11,063 bases of DNA from the NCBI GenBank assembly GCA_964626665.1, contig CAZVGK010000056.1, positions 1 through 11,063 of the forward strand. The letters run 5' to 3'. Made by a program: the position numbers and the translations under genes. The DNA is from an uncultured Gemmatimonadota bacterium (lineage in GTDB: Bacteria; SM23-81; DAOVCL01). Below are positions 7,701 to 11,063 of the stretch, one piece after another (positions within the stretch are counted from its first letter, which is position 1; every line of letters begins with the position of its first letter). The notes under the pieces are model-generated. The model saw only the letters and a program-made list of their open reading frames with translations. It was not told where the DNA came from and ran no database searches.

Positions 7701-8205
7701 CGTCGAGGGAGAGATAGTAACCTTGGGGGGGATCATCGCGGGGATGAGGTTAAACCAGGACCGCAGGGGGAAACCTATGGCCTTTCTCACTGTGGAGGAC
7801 TTTGCGGGAAGCTTCGAGGCCATAGTGTTCTCCGACCTTTATGAGGAGGCCAGGGAGACCATCAAGGACGATTCTCTGGTCCTCATCCGGGGGAGGGTAT
7901 CTACAAAGGAGACCGAAAGGGCCAAAGTGGTTGCCTTCCAGGTAATTCCCCTATCCCAGACCAGGAAATTCTCCGCCCGTTCCCTCCACCTGAAGATGTC
8001 CACTATAGGCTTAGATGAGGGTTTACTGGAAAGGGTAAAAGGCATAATCTCCTCCGCAACAGGAGAGTGCGGGGTAGAGATCCACTTGGAGACGAAGGAG
8101 GAGGGGATAAGGATAAAATCAAATAAGGTCAAGGTCGATCCTAAACCAGCGCTGCTTGCTAAGTTAATGGATGTATTAGGGGAGGATAATGTTTGGGTGG
8201 CGTGA
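4777..8205 (+). CDS. dnaE: DNA polymerase III alpha subunit, 1142 aa
   Basis: PHP domain (HLHNHTDYSLLDG, TDHG, ATNDCHY), GPGRGS, FERFLNPER.SMPDIDIDF, KMDFLGL, ALYRPGP, YGFNKSH, clamp-binding QTSLF, and a C-terminal OB fold. Confidence 0.99.
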   Translation: MAAKFIHLHNHTDYSLLDGACKIDDLVAQTKRFGMPAVAITDHGNMFGAIEFYKKAMNAGIKPIIGSEVYVAPGARTERSYPGGLSETSYHLTLLVKDYQGYKNLIKLSTIGYLEGFYYKPRVDKKALAQYAEGLIALSGCAKGEIPRLLISGNYKKAQRVAQEYLNIFGEENFYLELQDHGIEEEEKALKGLLKLSQDLGIPYVATNDCHYLKKEHYKAHDLLLCIQTGKKVHDEDRLKFSTDQIYFKSPQEMEKLFSSLPQALSNSLKIAEECNLMLEFDRVHLPHFPLPAGYQDLGSYLRELSRQGLREKYPQVTPQLAERLDYELGIIEKMGFAGYFLIVKDLIDYARSQGISVGPGRGSVGGSLVAYSLGITEIDPIGYDLLFERFLNPERISMPDIDIDFSDRNRDKVIKYVVKKYGSKNVTQIITFGTMAARAVVRDVGRVLDMPYMEVDRIAKLIPFEPDMTLKRALEQVPPLRELAEKDPRVQDLLENAQILEGLARHASTHAAGVVIAPAELTEFVPLFRPAKGGEVTTQYDMKSLEQIGLLKMDFLGLRTLTVIQDTLEIVERNQGKKIEVRDLPLNDKKTFKLLSRGDTVGIFQFESSGMRDYLRKLKPEKIEDMIAMNALYRPGPLGSEMIDDFIQRKHGKRKVTYPHPLLEPILKETYGVIVYQEQVMRIASDMAGFSLGKADILRRAMGKKLTEMMIEQREEFIKGALSKGVKKEVADAVFDLMAHFAGYGFNKSHSTGYALVAYQTAWLKAHYPVEFMAASLSSEMGNSDRVVILLNECKRMGIEVLPPAINRSFDRFWVEGKRIFFGLGAVKNVGHKAVSSIVKAREEGGEFKDLFDFCERVDLRLVNRRMIQSLIQAGAMDSLKGHRAQKVSAVQQAMDWGQKSSKDRAKGQTSLFGGGEELFAPPELPQVEEWPQSYLLSREKEVLGFFVSGHPLERYESELKRYANHTAQSLQECVEGEIVTLGGIIAGMRLNQDRRGKPMAFLTVEDFAGSFEAIVFSDLYEEARETIKDDSLVLIRGRVSTKETERAKVVAFQVIPLSQTRKFSARSLHLKMSTIGLDEGLLERVKGIISSATGECGVEIHLETKEEGIRIKSNKVKVDPKPALLAKLMDVLGEDNVWVA

Positions 8206-8242
8206 AGGGGGGAAATTCAATTAAGTACACACCAACCTTGCT

Positions 8243-8268
8243 CTTTGTGGATGTTATCATCCACAAAG
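8243..8268. terminator. Perfect 11-bp hairpin between convergent dnaE and coaE; possible bidirectional terminator
   Basis: CTTTGTGGATG-ttat-CATCCACAAAG. There is no clear U-tract, so terminator function is uncertain. Confidence 0.45.
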
Positions 8269-8281
8269 GTTCATCAGTGAA

Positions 8282-8333
8282 GAGATTGCTCCGGGCTTTC
8301 GCCCTCGCAGGGCTTGGGGACGACGAAGCAATC
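8282..8333. repeat. Degenerate palindromic repeat of the GAGATTGCTTCG...CTCGCA / GACGAAGCAATC type
   Basis: GATTGCTCCG (8284-8293) pairs 9/10 with CGAAGCAATC (8324-8333). Inner hairpin GGGC-tttc-GCCC. A related copy lies at 9446-9547. Confidence 0.6.
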
Positions 8334-8365
8334 CGATTGGGGTTGCTTTACTATGCCCATCCCGG

Positions 8366-8953
8366 TTAGCCAAGCTGGTTTATCATCTCCCAGGCCCTGC
8401 GGGCCTTTGCCTCCAGTTCCTGCAGGTTGCCGTTGTTATCGATGATCAGATCGACCTCCTTGGCCATCTCCTCATCTGTAAGCTGGAGAGCCATCCTCCT
8501 CTCAATCTCCTCCCTGCTCCATCTTTGGCCAGTCCTCTTTACCCTAAGCTCTTTGCTTGCCCGAACCAAAATGAGAAGGTCTATGATCTCGGAGAGGTGC
8601 CATTCCACCAGGAGGGCAGCATCGATGACCAAGGGGTCTGGCCCCCTTTCCCTGCGGATTCCCTCCCGCAACAGTTCCAGAAGAGGTGGATGGACAATGC
8701 TATTGAGCTTGCGCCGCGCAGTTGGGCTCTTAAAGGCCAATTCCCCCAACTCCCTGCGATTTAAACTTCCATCGGGGTTGAGTATTCCCCCTCCAAATTC
8801 CCTTTTTAACCTCTTCAAAAGGGATGAATTCCTTTCCACCACCTCCTTGCCCAAACGGTCGGCATCAATTACCCGTGCCCCCCACCTCTCAAACATCCTG
8901 CAGAGGATTGTCTTCCCACTACCTATCCCTCCAGTAACCCCGATCACCTGCAT
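8366..8953 (-). CDS. coaE: Dephospho-CoA kinase, 195 aa
   Basis: Walker A IGVTGGIGSGKT, VIDAD, LNRRELGELAF, LNSIVHP, RRMALQ and IIDNNG. Length is typical of the family. Confidence 0.96.
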   Translation of the reverse strand: MQVIGVTGGIGSGKTILCRMFERWGARVIDADRLGKEVVERNSSLLKRLKREFGGGILNPDGSLNRRELGELAFKSPTARRKLNSIVHPPLLELLREGIRRERGPDPLVIDAALLVEWHLSEIIDLLILVRASKELRVKRTGQRWSREEIERRMALQLTDEEMAKEVDLIIDNNGNLQELEAKARRAWEMINQLG

Positions 8954-8959
8954 AGCCCA

Positions 8960-8988
8960 ATTGTAACCAAAGAACTTCCGCTTGTCAA
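8960..8988 (-). promoter_or_regulatory. Sigma70-type promoter of coaE placed for a leaderless transcript
   Basis: Minus strand TTGACA (8988-8983), 17 nt, TACAAT (8965-8960), then 6 nt (TGGGCT), then ATG. Confidence 0.75.
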
Positions 8989-9000
8989 ATGGTAATTAAC

Positions 9001-9066
9001 GGGAATGTTGGGGGCAGCCCTTGACATGGGACAAAATGAAAAACTGAGGGGAATGTTGGGGACAAC
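9001..9066. repeat. Direct repeat, two copies 48 bp apart (GGGAATGTTGGGG)
   Basis: 9001-9018 GGGAATGTTGGGGGCAGC and 9049-9066 GGGAATGTTGGGGACAAC: first 13 bp identical, 16/18 overall. A partial TGGGACAA lies between them. Confidence 0.7.
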
Positions 9067-9112
9067 GTGCCAATTTATGATTTTGAGCTTTAAACCGAGA
9101 TTAAACGGCTCT

Positions 9113-9243
9113 ATGCTCAATAAATGCTATACCTCCCAGGGGCGACCGGTTTTTTCATATCTGCGCATCTCTTACCGAACCTGAGAAGGGAGGAGAGAGT
9201 AGGCCCCTCCCCTTTTTTCAAGGATCATCCCCTCTGGCAAGTG
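9113..9243 (-). pseudogene. Probable decayed C-terminal fragment of a Y1/REP-associated tyrosine transposase (RAYT-like)
   Basis: Minus strand gives (H)LARGDDP*, then *EMRRYEKTGRP (9171-9139) and, after a 1-nt frameshift, GGIAFIEH (9136-9113). This resembles the HLxxxDDxL...RRHERTGRPLGxxxFIE tail I recall from such transposases. Stops and frameshifts are present. Confidence 0.45.
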
Positions 9244-9306
9244 GTAACTCTGTATACAATCTTGCAAAATCCTGTTTTTTGGGCAAAACTTTTCTGGTTG
9301 CGATGA

Positions 9307-9334
9307 GTAGGGGCACAAGGCCTTGCGTCCCTAC
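9307..9334. repeat. GTAG-family REP-like palindrome
   Basis: GTAGGGGCACAAGG-CCTTGCGTCCCTAC. The arms are complementary at 12/14, starting with GTAG and ending with CTAC. Confidence 0.7.
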
Positions 9335-9445
9335 AGGACCATATCCATATTGGACTAACGGCTATTAGAACCCTAATTCTGAAGGCAAAAATTTGAGGGG
9401 ATAGGCCCTTTGCCTAACCAACAACAGGCTAAAGCTTGGTGAAAT

Positions 9446-9547
9446 GAGGTTGCTTCGGAGGCTTGCCTCTTGCAATACCTCATCCATTTGTGGGTCATTA
9501 CGCGGCTTGCCCTGAGCAACAGCGAAGTGGCAAACCAAAGCAATCTC
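9446..9547. repeat. Second degenerate GAGATTGCTT...AAGCAATCTC palindromic element, with an apparently nested unit
   Basis: GAGGTTGCTT (9446-9455) pairs 9/10 with AAGCAATCTC (9538-9547). Inner GAGGC-tt-GCCTC, GTCATT at 9494, and an internal GCTTGCCCTGAGC..CGAAG unit. Confidence 0.55.
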
Positions 9548-9550
9548 TTA

Positions 9551-9641
9551 CTTCTACCGCACTTTAGTGCGGGTCCTTGGGGTTGAGGTCCAGTGAACGG
9601 GCTGAAGCCCTATCCACCCCCCACTTTAACGGGGGTAGAAG
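9551..9641. repeat. REPIN-like doublet of hairpins bounded by an 8-bp inverted repeat
   Basis: CTTCTACC (9551-9558) / GGTAGAAG (9634-9641). Hairpins CCGCAC-ttta-GTGCGG, GGGCT-ga-AGCCC and CCCCC-actttaac-GGGGG. Confidence 0.6.
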
Positions 9642-9669
9642 AGCACTTGGCGTTAAGTAGTTTTTCTCT

Positions 9670-9733
9670 GTCTGTGAAATCTGGGTAATCTGTGGCTTTG
9701 GTTGCGGCTTCGCCACGCTGTGAGGGTCACAGC
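9670..9733. repeat. 9-nt-period tandem arm (ATCTGTG type) followed by short hairpins
   Basis: GTCTGTGAA-ATCTGGGTA-ATCTGTGGC (9670-9696), then TTGGTTGCGGCTTCGCCACG and GCTGTGA-ggg-TCACAGC (9717-9733). Confidence 0.5.
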
Positions 9734-9753
9734 TGCAGTGGCCAAAATTTTTC

Positions 9754-9782
9754 TTGACAGGGGCTAAGTGAGTTCCGATATT
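9754..9782 (+). promoter_or_regulatory. Probable promoter for the tRNA pair
   Basis: AAAATTTTT upstream tract, TTGACA (9754-9759), 17 nt, imperfect -10 GATATT (9777-9782), ending 12 nt before tRNA-Phe. Confidence 0.55.
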
Positions 9783-9794
9783 TAGCAAGTTCTT

Positions 9795-9867
<73 letters not shown>

Positions 9868-9932
9868 TTAAAAAAATCCTAAATATTTTCCCTCATTTAT
9901 CCGATAATAAAATGGGACCTCAGAAAGCACTC

Positions 9933-10005
9933 GCCACCGTAGCTCAGTTGGTAGAGCAATGGTTTCGTAAACCATAGGTCCTCGGTTCAAACCCGGGCGG
10001 TGGCT
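9933..10005 (+). tRNA. tRNA-Thr (anticodon CGT)
   Basis: 73 nt. Acceptor GCCACCG/CGGTGGC plus discriminator T, anticodon arm ATGGT-TT-CGT-AA-ACCAT, T arm CTCGG-TTCAAAC-CCGGG. Followed by TCA, so CCA is not encoded. Confidence 0.96.
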
Positions 10006-10117
10006 TCAGGATATAGCTTGGACAAAACAATCTGATCTTTGGATCCCTCATTACTTCAATGATTTTCGGCGTTTAGCATAATCTGGGACTAATTCCTAAA
10101 TTTTTTCCAATCCCTGC

Positions 10118-10156
10118 AAAAAAAAGCTTGACAAGTAGGGATTAAGGTATTAAATT
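10118..10156 (+). promoter_or_regulatory. rRNA operon promoter
   Basis: A8 tract (UP-like, 10118-10125), TTGACA (10128-10133), 17 nt, TAAATT (10151-10156). Confidence 0.75.
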
Positions 10157-10170
10157 AGGTTTGTAAGATG

Positions 10171-10182
10171 GATCTTTGAAAA
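10171..10182 (+). promoter_or_regulatory. boxA antitermination element of the rrn leader
   Basis: GATCTTTGAAAA between the promoter and the 16S start matches the widespread boxA form (T/G)xTCTTTGAAAA. Confidence 0.7.
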
Positions 10183-10235
10183 AATAGCGTGCATACCTCA
10201 ATTCCTAATGAGTCCATTAATTCCGAAATAATCTT

Positions 10236-11063
<828 letters not shown>

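Noticed and set aside
4777-8205. Intein or split in dnaE
   Set aside because: Length (1142 aa) and motif order are normal, YGFNKSH is uninterrupted, and no C...HN intein ends are evident.
2722-8966. Numerous antisense or out-of-frame ORFs inside the M23, rhomboid, dnaE and coaE genes (e.g. 2722-3294, 6535-7059, 8427-8966)
   Set aside because: Essentially all overlap clearly identified genes and are expected shadow ORFs in moderately GC-rich coding DNA.
9001-9066. Mini CRISPR array from the 48-bp-spaced direct repeat
   Set aside because: Only two copies of 13-18 bp, shorter than CRISPR repeats, non-palindromic, and no cas genes in the window.
9124-9306. 60-aa plus-strand ORF, or a riboswitch/sRNA with alternative CCTCCC/GGGAGG pairings and a U-tract at 9213-9218
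   Set aside because: No recognisable aptamer, no downstream gene to regulate, and the nearby TTGACA (9021) lacks a -10. A decayed minus-strand transposase explains the region better.
9353-9418. GACTAAC and GCCTAAC as orphan attC inverse core sites
   Set aside because: No preceding ORF and no complementary GTT arm at a suitable distance; such 7-mers occur by chance.
9564-9788. 74-aa minus-strand ORF containing PQITQISQT
   Set aside because: This is a translation of the 9-nt periodic repeat and hairpins, and it overlaps the tRNA promoter.

Overview
Bacterial chromosomal window with three parts. (1) Positions 1-1700 are an AT-rich accessory segment (sampled 60-nt rows of the gene are about 25-32% GC). 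It holds a minus-strand 383-aa hypothetical gene resembling the N-terminal part of DUF4209-type proteins, bracketed by complementary integron-like core sites (GTTAGCAA ... TTGCTAAC). Upstream of the gene are a 183-bp inverted-repeat-bounded module with two perfect IHF boxes and a near-consensus promoter facing the gene. No integrase gene is visible. (2) Positions 1780-8953 are a GC-richer core block: a secreted M23 metallopeptidase, a rhomboid protease and dnaE on the plus strand, converging on coaE, which looks leaderless. (3) Positions 8954-11063 contain about 750 bp of mixed REP-like palindromes with a probable decayed Y1/RAYT transposase fragment, then tRNA-Phe(GAA), tRNA-Thr(CGT), an rrn promoter with boxA, and the 5' half of a 16S rRNA gene cut by the window end. 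Family assignments come from motif recognition by eye, not from database searches.
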